Assembly: GCA_020353515.1 (NCBI GenBank)
Contig: CP070695.1
Location: 3,742,277-3,806,276 of the forward strand
Length of the DNA stretch: 64,000 nucleotides
From: Candidatus Heimdallarchaeota archaeon
GTDB lineage: Archaea > Asgardarchaeota > Heimdallarchaeia > Hodarchaeales > Hodarchaeaceae
Direction: 5' to 3'
A program made the translations under genes and the position numbers. Below are positions 41,486-51,473 of this stretch, in pieces. The notes beneath the pieces were generated by a model, which saw only the letters and a list, made by a program, of their open reading frames with translations, did no database searches and was not told where the DNA came from. The stretch's first letter is position 1; every line of letters begins with the position of its first letter.

Positions 41486-41918
41486 TTAGAATAGTGCCTC
41501 AACTGGGTCAAAGAGTGTAAATTTAGCTGCAGGTTCATTGTCTTTTATTGATACCATAACATGTTTTATTAAATCTGCTGCTCTATCTAATCCTCCCTCT
41601 TCAAATATTGAGATGTGTTCCCATCCAATATTTCGCCATCCAGTCAAATCAGCCTTCATATCTATATCCCTTTCAAAATTCTTAATGTCTTCAGGATTTG
41701 CCAATAATTTATCAAGAATTACTGATTTGATCTCTTCACTGGTGATAGAATCTCGAATAGTTGGTTCAACTCCTGCTGCAGGATATTTCTTCAGAAGATT
41801 AGTCCAATTACTATCTAGTTCCAGCATTGTTGGTCGCATGTCATTTAAAAGTGTAAGGATTGCCATCGAATCACCAGTAGGATCACTTAACGCTAATGTT
41901 AATCCATTAGAATATTCT
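41486..41918 (-). pseudogene. 5'-truncated paralog of the 36549..37649 GTPase (C-terminal third only)
   Basis: AILTLLNDMRPTMLELD, LTGWRNIGWEHISIFEE, KFTLFDP match the full copy. Homology extends upstream of ATG 41866 (SNGLTLALS vs SRALTLGLS) and then stops. No G1-G4. Confidence 0.75.
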
Positions 41919-42059
41919 AAGAATAGAACATATTATTTACATTTAAGATATAGTTAATTATTTTTATTCCTTCCCTTTTTCCATTATTACTGTACCCAAT
42001 AGTAAGCATGGCTTTTTTGTAAATATATAATGCGGAGTTTCTGATTATAAAATTCCATA

Positions 42060-43496
42060 TTAATTGGAATCAGAAGACTGGGTAGAAGTTTCTTTTCTCA
42101 AAATGAAACAATACTGGTGACACCTGTTCCCTACCCATGCATAATTGACTCCTAATGCAACTAAAGATTTATCATCTTGTAACCAAATCTTCTCATCTTT
42201 TAAGATCCATGGATGTTCTTTATTTTGGATTAGACTCTGTACTGTGTCATAAGCTAGTGGATAGACTCTTCCATTTGCAAAAACATTATTTGTGATTATA
42301 ACCATGTAACCATTAGGTCGTAAAAGCTTGTAAACATTGCTTAAAATCTTCTGTTGTTCTTTAATAAATTCTTTATAGTCTACGAGGTTACCAAGGTCTC
42401 TTGGATCTTCTTTACTATATCTCGTGTCTAATCCCATTTCTTTTCGTTTTTTTTGCCGAATTGAATTACGCTCGAGTTGACTCCAATATGGAGGACTTGT
42501 TATACAAAAATCAATCGTTAATAGGTTAACGTCTTCCCAATAGGTCATAAGATCCCTTGAATCCCCGCAGATTACGCGCCAAGAACTTGGCTCATCAGTT
42601 TGGTATAATGGAGGGTAAGCTGGTATGTTTATCTTATCTAAACGGTTCCTGCTAATCTCAGCATACTCAGGGGAGAGTTCAACTCCTATACCATTTCGAT
42701 TACATTGTTTAGCAGCAACAAGAGTACTTCCAGTCCCGAGAAATGGATCAAGGACAGTTTCACCTGGTTTTGAAAAAAAGGTAATAAATTGCCTAATCAT
42801 TGTTTCTGGGAATTTTGCAGGATGTAATAATTCCTCTGACTTTCGTGATGGAGGACGATGAATAAACCATGTTTTTGTAAACTTTATCCACTCCCTTCCA
42901 GTCAATAGATTTAATCGATTTTTGGAACTTCTTTGACCAACTGGAAACTTTTTTTTACCATTTTTGAGAGTAATTATTCTCTCATATTCTCCTGTTTTAA
43001 ATGGTGTGTTCTGTCTTCGTAGTGATTTTATTTCTTGGTCCTCAAGTTTGTATGTGTAATAAGAAGCTTTGTCTTGGTTTATATCAGCTTCAATCCGAAC
43101 AAATAGGCTTTCTATCTCTTGATTATAATAGGTCATTAAATTTGATTTGATGGTTTTTACAATAAAAGAGAACTTTTGAGCAATTTCTAATGAGATAGAG
43201 TTTGTAAGTAAAGGTTGAAATAGCACTGGAGTCTCGAGATCAATATAAAAGACATCTATTGGAGCTCCACGCTCTTCACATACCAATTGGAAACACCTAA
43301 GGTTCTTTTCCAAAAGAGCTTTCCAAAAATCCTTTAGATTTTCATCTTGGGAAAGTTCTACTAAATCTTTTATAAACAAAATTTTTTTTAGTTTGGCAGG
43401 TCGAGTAATAAAGGTAAAAAATGTCTTATCTTCTCTATTAATTGCCATCTCGTTCTTAATTGGAGATTTCATGTAATGAAAAAACTCCTTTATCAA
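42060..43496 (-). CDS. DNA methyltransferase (likely N4-cytosine), permuted motif order, with ~190-aa N-terminal extension
   Basis: HPAKFP...DPFLGTGST...GVELSPEY precedes TSPPY. Confidence 0.88.
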   Translation of the reverse strand: MIKEFFHYMKSPIKNEMAINREDKTFFTFITRPAKLKKILFIKDLVELSQDENLKDFWKALLEKNLRCFQLVCEERGAPIDVFYIDLETPVLFQPLLTNSISLEIAQKFSFIVKTIKSNLMTYYNQEIESLFVRIEADINQDKASYYTYKLEDQEIKSLRRQNTPFKTGEYERIITLKNGKKKFPVGQRSSKNRLNLLTGREWIKFTKTWFIHRPPSRKSEELLHPAKFPETMIRQFITFFSKPGETVLDPFLGTGSTLVAAKQCNRNGIGVELSPEYAEISRNRLDKINIPAYPPLYQTDEPSSWRVICGDSRDLMTYWEDVNLLTIDFCITSPPYWSQLERNSIRQKKRKEMGLDTRYSKEDPRDLGNLVDYKEFIKEQQKILSNVYKLLRPNGYMVIITNNVFANGRVYPLAYDTVQSLIQNKEHPWILKDEKIWLQDDKSLVALGVNYAWVGNRCHQYCFILRKETSTQSSDSN

Positions 43497-43659
43497 TATA
43501 ATTAAATTAGACCTATCATTAAGAGATTTTTTCTCTTTTAATTTGATAATTTAACTTGTAGAAATTTAATTGAGTTAGGAAAGCTCACGAGAACTAAATG
43601 TATAAATATTAGTCAGTTCAAACGAATAATTAGACTCGATATTTCCTTATTTTAGAAAG

Positions 43660-44067
43660 ATGATTATCATGGCGAAATTTTGTGATAAATGTGGTGAAGA
43701 GGTTAGTCCAGACGATCTATTTTGCAACAATTGTGGATCCCAATTAGACCGTTCAAAAACATGGGCTGTCCCAGGGGCAAAAATGGAAACTCCAAAGACG
43801 GAAACAACAACTGAGCAAAGGACACAGGTCTCAAGTCGTCCTAAGAGATTCTATAGAAGTAGAGAGGATCGTTGGATAGCTGGTGTCTGTGGTGGGTTGG
43901 GGGAATACTTTAATATTGATCCCATTCTCGTTAGACTGGGGTTTATCTTCATCACGGCTGTTTATGGAGTAGGAATTCTTGTCTACATCCTATTAGCAAT
44001 TTTTGTAGAAGAAAATCCTCATCAAAGTCCTAGACAATATCAAACCCAAAATACGGGAAGATATTGA
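43660..44067 (+). CDS. Zinc-ribbon + PspC domain protein
   Basis: FCDKCG...FCNNCG; RSREDRWIAGVCGGLGEYFNIDPILVRL. Confidence 0.92.
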   Translation: MIIMAKFCDKCGEEVSPDDLFCNNCGSQLDRSKTWAVPGAKMETPKTETTTEQRTQVSSRPKRFYRSREDRWIAGVCGGLGEYFNIDPILVRLGFIFITAVYGVGILVYILLAIFVEENPHQSPRQYQTQNTGRY

Positions 44068-44077
44068 GAGTTCATTG

Positions 44078-44251
44078 TTATTCTTCAACGGTGAATTCGA
44101 TTTCTAGATTGATTTTTTCTATAGAGGGATCCTTTAGATGGAGACTTTCAACCATTCCTACTAATGAATTTCCGATAAATTGTTGAACAAATTTCTTTAC
44201 AGCGATTTTCTTCCCATTAACTTGTAAATTAAATGATTGAATCTTTTGCAG
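44078..44251 (-). CDS. 57-aa protein resembling the C-terminal domain of archaeal MobB; probable CTG start (not in ORF track)
   Basis: Manual translation (L)QKIQSFNLQVNGKKIAVKKFVQQFIGNSLVGMVESLHLKDPSIEKINLEIEFTVEE*; SD GGTGA 6 nt before CTG. Confidence 0.7.
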   Translation of the reverse strand: MQKIQSFNLQVNGKKIAVKKFVQQFIGNSLVGMVESLHLKDPSIEKINLEIEFTVEE

Positions 44252-44358
44252 AAGTATTCACCTTAAGCAGTTCATTAAAAGTTAAAAATAATATAGTTTT
44301 TAAATGTCTTAGAAGTTATCCCGTTTCACAAGATTGAAATAATCAGGACTGGTAATCT

Positions 44359-45099
44359 TTGCATCATATCTCGTTTCAAGAAGTTTCTAAAAATTATCAA
44401 ATGGGAGAAGTAACAGTCGATGCTCTCCATGAAATAACATTAGATATTGAACCTGGATTATTTGTAGTTTTACTTGGACCGTCTGGTTCTGGAAAAACAA
44501 CTTTGTTAAATCTAATTTCAGCGATTGACTATCCTTCCTCAGGAAAAATTCAGGTTGAAAATGTCGATATCAGTTTTCTCAACCGAAAACAGAGAGCACA
44601 GTTTCGTAGACATAAAATTGGATTCATTTTCCAGTTTTTTAATCTCATACCTACATTAACTGCTTTAGAAAATATTGAATTTGCACTTGACCTGATTGGT
44701 GTATCTACTCCAAATGGCTCACGATCATTCAATAAGAAAAAGATACGAGATGTAGCCTTAAATTGGCTAGATAAGGTTGGCTTAAAAGATCGAGCTAATC
44801 ATTTCCCCTCACAATTGAGTGGAGGACAACAACAACGGGTGGCAATCGCACGAGCACTATCAAAAGACCCCCCAATTGTTGTTGCTGATGAACCTACAGG
44901 AAACCTCGACTATCGTGCTGGAGTTTCGATCCTCAAATTAATGAAAGAACTCAACGTACAAACTGAGAAAACGTTTATTCTGGCAACACACAATCAACAA
45001 ATTTCTAAAATTGCTGATCTCGTACTAACCATGCAGATGGGGCAGGTAAGCCACTTTGAACAGCGAGAACCAATCAACGTGGAAAATCTCGTTTGGTAA
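44359..45099 (+). CDS. ABC transporter ATP-binding protein (LolD/MacB-type)
   Basis: [28 protein letters not shown]. Confidence 0.95.
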   Translation: MHHISFQEVSKNYQMGEVTVDALHEITLDIEPGLFVVLLGPSGSGKTTLLNLISAIDYPSSGKIQVENVDISFLNRKQRAQFRRHKIGFIFQFFNLIPTLTALENIEFALDLIGVSTPNGSRSFNKKKIRDVALNWLDKVGLKDRANHFPSQLSGGQQQRVAIARALSKDPPIVVADEPTGNLDYRAGVSILKLMKELNVQTEKTFILATHNQQISKIADLVLTMQMGQVSHFEQREPINVENLVW

Positions 45100-47801
45100 A
45101 GCTAGAAGTAAGGATGCCCAATATGAAATTCTTAACACGTATTTGGTTTAAGAAGCTTGTGAGAGATCTTGCACGTCATAAACTTTTAACTTTTGCTTTA
45201 ATTTTGCTGTGTTTTTTTGGGACTGGATCTTTTTTAGCTTTGAGTATGGGTTATGAAAACCTCTATTCGTCATATAAGCGCATTTACCGACAGACAAATT
45301 TTGCTGATGCAGAATTTTTTACACTTAGTGATAACTGTTTCAACACAATTGAACTTGATGACACATTGACGAATTTTACAATAAGGTACGAAAAGGAAAT
45401 CCAAGCCATTAATTTTCGATTGATAACAGGGACTGGTTATAACGTAACCAGTTCAATTGGAGGTATAGAGAGACAATTTTTAGCAGGAGGTCGTGCGATT
45501 GGAATCGAATGGCCACAACAAGAAGAAAATCGAATTAATGATTTGATATTTACCAGTAGTTCATACTCTAATTGCTTTTCTCAAGAGAATTCTGTTTTAT
45601 TGGAATCACATTTTGCTCAAAAATTCGATATTGAGAGGGGAGATACTCTGACGACAAGGATATTTAACCAAACTTTCGATCTTATCGTCCAAGGAGTTGT
45701 TTTTAGCCCAGAATATCTAGTTATCATTCCATCAAAACACGATTTTCTCCCTACAAGTGTTTTCGGAATAATATACTTACCTATTGAAAGATTACAAGCC
45801 TACACAAACCTTACAGGACTCGCAAATAATCTACTTGTAAAAATGTCTTCAGGAGTGAATATTTCCACCCGTAACCATATAATAGAAGAACTAGCTGAAG
45901 TACTTGATGAGTCCGCTAAAGGTGTTTTCGCTCCTCCTGTAATGCAAGAAGACCAGATTTCAAATATGGCACTCCGATTAGATTTAGAGACATTTGAAGA
46001 AGTAGCTTTAACCTTACCAATAGTCGTCTTGGGGGTTGCAGCAGTCTCAATTTACATTACTTTAGGTCGAACTGTTCAAAGTCAAAGACGGAATATTGGT
46101 ATTGCTTCAAGTTTAGGTTATTTCCCCAACGATATCCTTTTTCACTTTACTTGTTTTAGTTTACTTATTGGTGGGATAGGCAGTATTCTAGGTGTTGGTT
46201 TTGGAATCATTGTTTCTGGTGTGGTTACTTGGGTTTATTCTTACTTTATGCGATTTCCCCAAATAATTGAGATTCAATTGCAACCTCATCTTATATTCAT
46301 AGCCTTAGTAACTAGTTTAGGGATAAGTTTGCTAAGTGGAGCTATTCCTGCATGGAATGCAAGTCGAATGACCCCCAGAAAAGCTCTTCAAACCATGTTT
46401 GTTACTGAAAAAGGTTCATATTCCATTTTTGAGAAAATTCTCTTCGTTAAATCAATTGGATTACGCTTAGCAATACCTCTAAGAAACCTCTCTCGGAAAA
46501 AAGGACACACTATAGCTACAATGACTGCAATTGCAGCTGCAGTTATGATCATCATAGTTTCTTTTGCTTTTATTGATTCAGTAACAGCGGGAGTAAATCG
46601 TCAGTTCAATGAAACCTCCCAGTATGATCTGATAGTAAAGTATGAAGGATTAAATTATTTCGATTTGGGAGTAAAGAATGATGTGACTTATATTCAGAGT
46701 TTACCAGGAGTAGTAGCTGTTGAACCTGTATTACAAATACCTTCATCAATTAAAACTGGAGGAAGATCACAAGGAGTGTTAATAACAGCTTGGAATAATT
46801 CAAATCCTACTACTCATAGATTTCACTGGTCTTCGTCTCAAGATACGTTATTACCAAACAATAGTATTGTTGTTTGTTCTGCTTTGGCCCATCAGTTCAA
46901 TATTAAGGTTGGTAACGAGATAGAGTATAATTTACCTTTTATCAAATCTTATATGGAATACGCTTACGATAAAGCTGAAGAGATATGGAACGAAACCTCT
47001 TTTTTGCATGGAATCGAGTTCGCAAGAAATGAAACGCTAGATTACATAAAAGATCTAATAAAACGAAATACAGAAAGTATCTCTTTCTCAAAAAGTGTAA
47101 GTGAAGACATTATTATTACTCATGAATCTATTAGAGTTTCTGGAATTTCAAAGGAAATTTGGGGAAGCATGGTATATACTACCCTTCAAACTATAACTAG
47201 TAATCTTGGTATAGATATGTTTAAGTCAGGATTAGACATTGACTTAACCCCCACCTCACAATTGATTTTGAAAGTCAGCCAAGCTTCAAATGTAACTCTG
47301 TTAGAAGAAATTAAAACATCAATTAGTCAGTTAGAGGGAATTAGATCAATTGAATTCAGTTATGATTTTCATCAGGCGGTAGATATACTGATGGCAGCTT
47401 TTAATGCAGTTATTCTAGTGTTCTTAATATTTGCATGCTTATTAGCGGGAGCTGCTATCTTCACGACTATCTATCTGAGTTTTCAGGAACGACAACGAGA
47501 AATTGCAACAATGTTAACTCTTGGACTCTCCGATAGAGAGTTTTTATCCATCTTAACTGTAGAAAATCTCAGTCAGGGCATATTAGGCATACTACTTGGA
47601 ATCCCACCAGGCCTTTGGATTGCTAGTTGGATTTTAGATAATGTTCTACGTCTTTTCTACTTTGAAATCATCATACTCCCTACAACTTGGATATTGATAT
47701 GGGTCGGAGTCATTGGTGTTATCCTGATTTCCCAGATCCCAGCGTATTATTACGGTGTAAGACTCGACCTAACTGTTGTAACAAAAGAACTATCATCTTA
47801 G
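45093..47801 (+). CDS. FtsX/MacB-like ABC permease (duplicated)
   Basis: Two units of TM, large extracellular domain and 3 TM; QRRNIGIASSLGY and RQREIATMLTLG. Start could be ATG 45114. Confidence 0.9.
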   Translation: MVKLEVRMPNMKFLTRIWFKKLVRDLARHKLLTFALILLCFFGTGSFLALSMGYENLYSSYKRIYRQTNFADAEFFTLSDNCFNTIELDDTLTNFTIRYEKEIQAINFRLITGTGYNVTSSIGGIERQFLAGGRAIGIEWPQQEENRINDLIFTSSSYSNCFSQENSVLLESHFAQKFDIERGDTLTTRIFNQTFDLIVQGVVFSPEYLVIIPSKHDFLPTSVFGIIYLPIERLQAYTNLTGLANNLLVKMSSGVNISTRNHIIEELAEVLDESAKGVFAPPVMQEDQISNMALRLDLETFEEVALTLPIVVLGVAAVSIYITLGRTVQSQRRNIGIASSLGYFPNDILFHFTCFSLLIGGIGSILGVGFGIIVSGVVTWVYSYFMRFPQIIEIQLQPHLIFIALVTSLGISLLSGAIPAWNASRMTPRKALQTMFVTEKGSYSIFEKILFVKSIGLRLAIPLRNLSRKKGHTIATMTAIAAAVMIIIVSFAFIDSVTAGVNRQFNETSQYDLIVKYEGLNYFDLGVKNDVTYIQSLPGVVAVEPVLQIPSSIKTGGRSQGVLITAWNNSNPTTHRFHWSSSQDTLLPNNSIVVCSALAHQFNIKVGNEIEYNLPFIKSYMEYAYDKAEEIWNETSFLHGIEFARNETLDYIKDLIKRNTESISFSKSVSEDIIITHESIRVSGISKEIWGSMVYTTLQTITSNLGIDMFKSGLDIDLTPTSQLILKVSQASNVTLLEEIKTSISQLEGIRSIEFSYDFHQAVDILMAAFNAVILVFLIFACLLAGAAIFTTIYLSFQERQREIATMLTLGLSDREFLSILTVENLSQGILGILLGIPPGLWIASWILDNVLRLFYFEIIILPTTWILIWVGVIGVILISQIPAYYYGVRLDLTVVTKELSS

Positions 47802-47821
47802 AATATTAAGGCGTTGAATAT

Positions 47822-48634
47822 TCATAAAATACTATTAATGTCTATTTCGTCTGGTTCAAAGAGTTTTCTACCCTCCATTCCACCAGCCACAGTGATAATT
47901 TGGCCTGAAATATGACCTGCGAGCTTATCTGAAGAGAGAAACACAACGGTTCGCGCTATATCAATTGGGCGTGCTATTTTCCTCAGTGGCATGGTTTGGA
48001 GGGCTTTTCGTACCGCTTCGTGATCTTCCAAAGATTTTTCTGCCATAGGAGTAATAGTCCAGCCAGGGGCCACTATATTAACTCTTCCACGAGACGCGAT
48101 GCGAATTATTTCATTTTTCAACGAAAGCATAAGCCCCTGAAGTCCTGATTTTGAAACAGAATAGTCTACATGGCCAGCTTCCCCAAATATCCCAGCAGTA
48201 CTACCAATATAGACAATACTAGCTGTTTCTTTTGGAAAAGCAAGTAAATTCAACAGGAACTGCCTGCTACAGATGAAAGCTGCACGAAGATTGATTGTTA
48301 GTGTTTGATCCCATTGATCTAATGTCATTTCATGAGCGGGGATATATTGTTCTGGCCAAATACCATGATTTACTACAAGGTGGTCTATCCGTCCAAAAGT
48401 GTTGGTACTGTCTTGAATTAACTCTTTAGTTTGTTCCTCAGAAGACAAATCGGCTTGAAGTAAGCAATAATCACCATTTAGCTCTTTACTGAATTGTGAA
48501 ATTTGCTCTTGATTTTTATTATAGTGAAGTGAAAGACTACAGCCTTCTTTGTCAAAAAGCTTTGCAGTTGCTTGTCCAATACCTCCACTTGCTCCCGTTA
48601 TTAAAACATGCTCTCCATTAAGTCCTGATTCCAC
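47822..48634 (-). CDS. Short-chain dehydrogenase/reductase
   Basis: TGASGGIG, VNHG, YSVSK, NIVAPG. Confidence 0.93.
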   Translation of the reverse strand: MESGLNGEHVLITGASGGIGQATAKLFDKEGCSLSLHYNKNQEQISQFSKELNGDYCLLQADLSSEEQTKELIQDSTNTFGRIDHLVVNHGIWPEQYIPAHEMTLDQWDQTLTINLRAAFICSRQFLLNLLAFPKETASIVYIGSTAGIFGEAGHVDYSVSKSGLQGLMLSLKNEIIRIASRGRVNIVAPGWTITPMAEKSLEDHEAVRKALQTMPLRKIARPIDIARTVVFLSSDKLAGHISGQIITVAGGMEGRKLFEPDEIDINSIL

Positions 48635-48909
48635 TGTGAATCGCCTTATAATTCTTTATTTCATCATTCTAATAAGTTTAGTTAATTTTCTCAATTTTAG
48701 TTTAAATTCTTCTTATTTGAGATTATAGAGAGTGAGATCAGTTATAACAGGCCAATGATCTGAAGGGAAGATTGAAGGATCTTTTCCAGGATTATCATAA
48801 ACTATCCGAGTATCTCGAACTTCAGAAATTCTGAAATTTTAAGAAAGAGTAATTTGAAAGCACCAGTAAGAGTTCAAATGCTCGAGATTGTCCAAAAATC
48901 GTTATCGGC

Positions 48910-51471
48910 CTAGGATATCTCGAAAAATGATTGGAGGTCAGTGATTAGAGAATACGCATGTTTTACTGCATCCCTAGTTTCATTACAAGTAATTTTGATA
49001 TGGATCTCACCCTTTACTGGCGAGGTAATGTTAACAAGCGCTGTACCCAAAGAATTTAGACTGTTTGAAATCACACTGCGTATCTTAATTTTAGTAATAA
49101 CCTCTTTGTCTCCAGTCATTGTTATGTCTCGCCATGGATCACCCCATGATGGACCTCTAGGTTCGCCATGAGTTTTCATCTCAAGGGTAACTTTAGGAAA
49201 GTCATCACGTTTTGAATGGCCACTCATTATAATCTGCTTGTTTTCAAACTCAATTTTGATTTTCTTCATCAATCCCGAGTAAGGAATAAGATAAACAATA
49301 AGACCAGTATCACTTGGTTCGTAAATCAGATCTTGGACACGATATTGGACAGAAGAAAGCAGGGACATTTTCTCCTCGTCCACGAGGTTCTTTCCTTTTT
49401 GAAAAGGTTCTTTTTTAGGCAAAGCAGCAGACACAAAATCTACTGGTTTCTCTATTACTGGTTTCAATGTGGGAAGATCTTTAGATGGTTCAATACGTTC
49501 ATGAGAAACAGCTACTTTTTCCAATTCGTGATCTGGTGGTATATATCTTTCCTGAATTGTTGTCTCTCTAATTAAAGGTACCTTCCTTTGCCTATTGCGA
49601 TAATAACCAAAATAAGCAAACAAGACAATCATTGCTAGCAAAATAAACAATCCCAGTACAATAAAAGAGATAAGAATAAGATCTATAAGAAAATAGAATC
49701 CATTATAAGTAGTCTTATAATGAGAGATAATCTCAACGGTAAATCCCTCGGAACAGGTTGCTACAATTTTGATAGCATAAATAGAATCAGTTGATTCTAT
49801 ATTTGCAGTATCCCAATTATATGTTGTATTAGTAAGATTAGAAGCAAGGGGTATCCAAGTATCTCCATCTAGTGAATAATAGATTGAATATGTGGTCTGG
49901 TGACCCAGTGAATCTAAAGCAGCTGTCCAGCAAATAGTAACAACACCTGATGACATACTTAATTCCTTTGGATGAACAATGGTCGGTGGAAATAGCAGGT
50001 GTGTGTTTGGACTAGCAAGAGGAGAATTATCGTATGAATAGGTATAACCAGGGATACTGTAAGAATTATCAAGAATTCCATCCCTATTGTTATCAGGGCT
50101 AGTTAAATCGCTCCAATAATTATAAGTAAATGTGTTGTTGTCCCCATAGTTAAACACATGACGATTTCCACTATTGCTTATAAAATAGTTGAAGATAAAG
50201 TAGTTGTTGAGCGAGTCTTCAAGGTAAACACCATCACGACTATTATTACTCACCTTATTACGGGTAAAAACACTATTATTAGTATGTTCCATGTAAATCC
50301 CCCAATAATTACCATCCATTGAATTATTAATAATCCTCAAGTCAGTACAGTAGTGAGCAATCAGACCGACAGCTGAATTATCTAATTTTTGATCCCTGAC
50401 TTCAATTTCAGTACAATTGATTAAAATCACTTGTCCTACCCCCACAGGAACAATTTGATCCTCAATATTTTGCCAAAAAAGTAGTGACTTGCCATTTACA
50501 ATATTATTAGATACATTGGTTTGTAATATCTCTTCAAAACGACCGCCATAAATATAAAGACCATCTTTGACAAATGTATTGTTAATGATTGTATTATCGC
50601 TAGAATCACTTAAGAAGAGACCCCGTTCATTATCATTGAAGGAATTGTTAACAACGGTAATATTCTCAGATAATCGGAGATAGGCTCCTCGAAAATTGTT
50701 GGAAATGGTATTATTATAAATATTGATGTCTGAACTAAAAGCTGTTACTAAACCAACGGAAAAGCCAGCTAAGTTTTGACCTGTAACTTCAATAGAGGCA
50801 CAATTTATTAGGAAAATTTGCCCCGCACCCATGGGGATAGTTCTTCCCGAAACACCTTGCCAGAAAACTATAGGGGCACCATTTACGGTGTTTTCAGATA
50901 CTTCAGACTGTATAAATTCACTGAATTCTTCACCAAAAAGATATAACCCGCCAGTTATTAATGTGTTTGATGTTATAATGTTATTTCCAGAATAATAAAG
51001 TGAAATTCCGTAAATATTATCTGAGAGCGTATTTTCAGTCACTTCAATATTCTCACTGTAACATAGACGAATTCCTTCCTCGCTATTAGTTATATCATTG
51101 TTGGAAACTTCCCCATTTGTAACATTATGAAGATGTATTCCGTAATATCCATTATCCAATCTACAATTACTGATTCTGAAATAGATATTAGTTCCCCGAA
51201 TATCAATCAAATTTTCAGAACCAGAACCAGTAATTTCGTAACCAGAAATCACATAGGGATTTAGTGCTGTACCTTCTCCAGGCCAGCCTTCTGTATTCGC
51301 TTGATTGCTAAAATCGTTATTTCCATTTATATAAATGGTTGCATGTTCTACATGTGTTGTTGATATTTCTTTATAGGAATTAATTGCAAAAAATCCTTGG
51401 GTACAGTTAAAATTAGATAGAGGGTGGAACCAAAGATGTACTAAGACTAAAAGAAGGAAAGCCTTCTTCAT
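48910..51471 (-). CDS. Single-pass surface protein: NosD-like parallel beta-helix + Fn3 + TM + cytoplasmic alpha/beta domain
   Basis: Signal peptide MKKAFLLL; GWPGEGTALNPYVI; PbH1 repeats; NYWSD; Fn3 (YSIYYSLDGDTW); TM; ~230-aa tail. Confidence 0.85.
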   Translation of the reverse strand: MKKAFLLLVLVHLWFHPLSNFNCTQGFFAINSYKEISTTHVEHATIYINGNNDFSNQANTEGWPGEGTALNPYVISGYEITGSGSENLIDIRGTNIYFRISNCRLDNGYYGIHLHNVTNGEVSNNDITNSEEGIRLCYSENIEVTENTLSDNIYGISLYYSGNNIITSNTLITGGLYLFGEEFSEFIQSEVSENTVNGAPIVFWQGVSGRTIPMGAGQIFLINCASIEVTGQNLAGFSVGLVTAFSSDINIYNNTISNNFRGAYLRLSENITVVNNSFNDNERGLFLSDSSDNTIINNTFVKDGLYIYGGRFEEILQTNVSNNIVNGKSLLFWQNIEDQIVPVGVGQVILINCTEIEVRDQKLDNSAVGLIAHYCTDLRIINNSMDGNYWGIYMEHTNNSVFTRNKVSNNSRDGVYLEDSLNNYFIFNYFISNSGNRHVFNYGDNNTFTYNYWSDLTSPDNNRDGILDNSYSIPGYTYSYDNSPLASPNTHLLFPPTIVHPKELSMSSGVVTICWTAALDSLGHQTTYSIYYSLDGDTWIPLASNLTNTTYNWDTANIESTDSIYAIKIVATCSEGFTVEIISHYKTTYNGFYFLIDLILISFIVLGLFILLAMIVLFAYFGYYRNRQRKVPLIRETTIQERYIPPDHELEKVAVSHERIEPSKDLPTLKPVIEKPVDFVSAALPKKEPFQKGKNLVDEEKMSLLSSVQYRVQDLIYEPSDTGLIVYLIPYSGLMKKIKIEFENKQIIMSGHSKRDDFPKVTLEMKTHGEPRGPSWGDPWRDITMTGDKEVITKIKIRSVISNSLNSLGTALVNITSPVKGEIHIKITCNETRDAVKHAYSLITDLQSFFEIS

Positions 51472-51473
51472 CG

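Noticed and set aside
48821-48835. 7-1-7 inverted repeat TTCAGAA-A-TTCTGAA
   Set aside because: Single, short and AT-rich; not enough support for a regulatory call.
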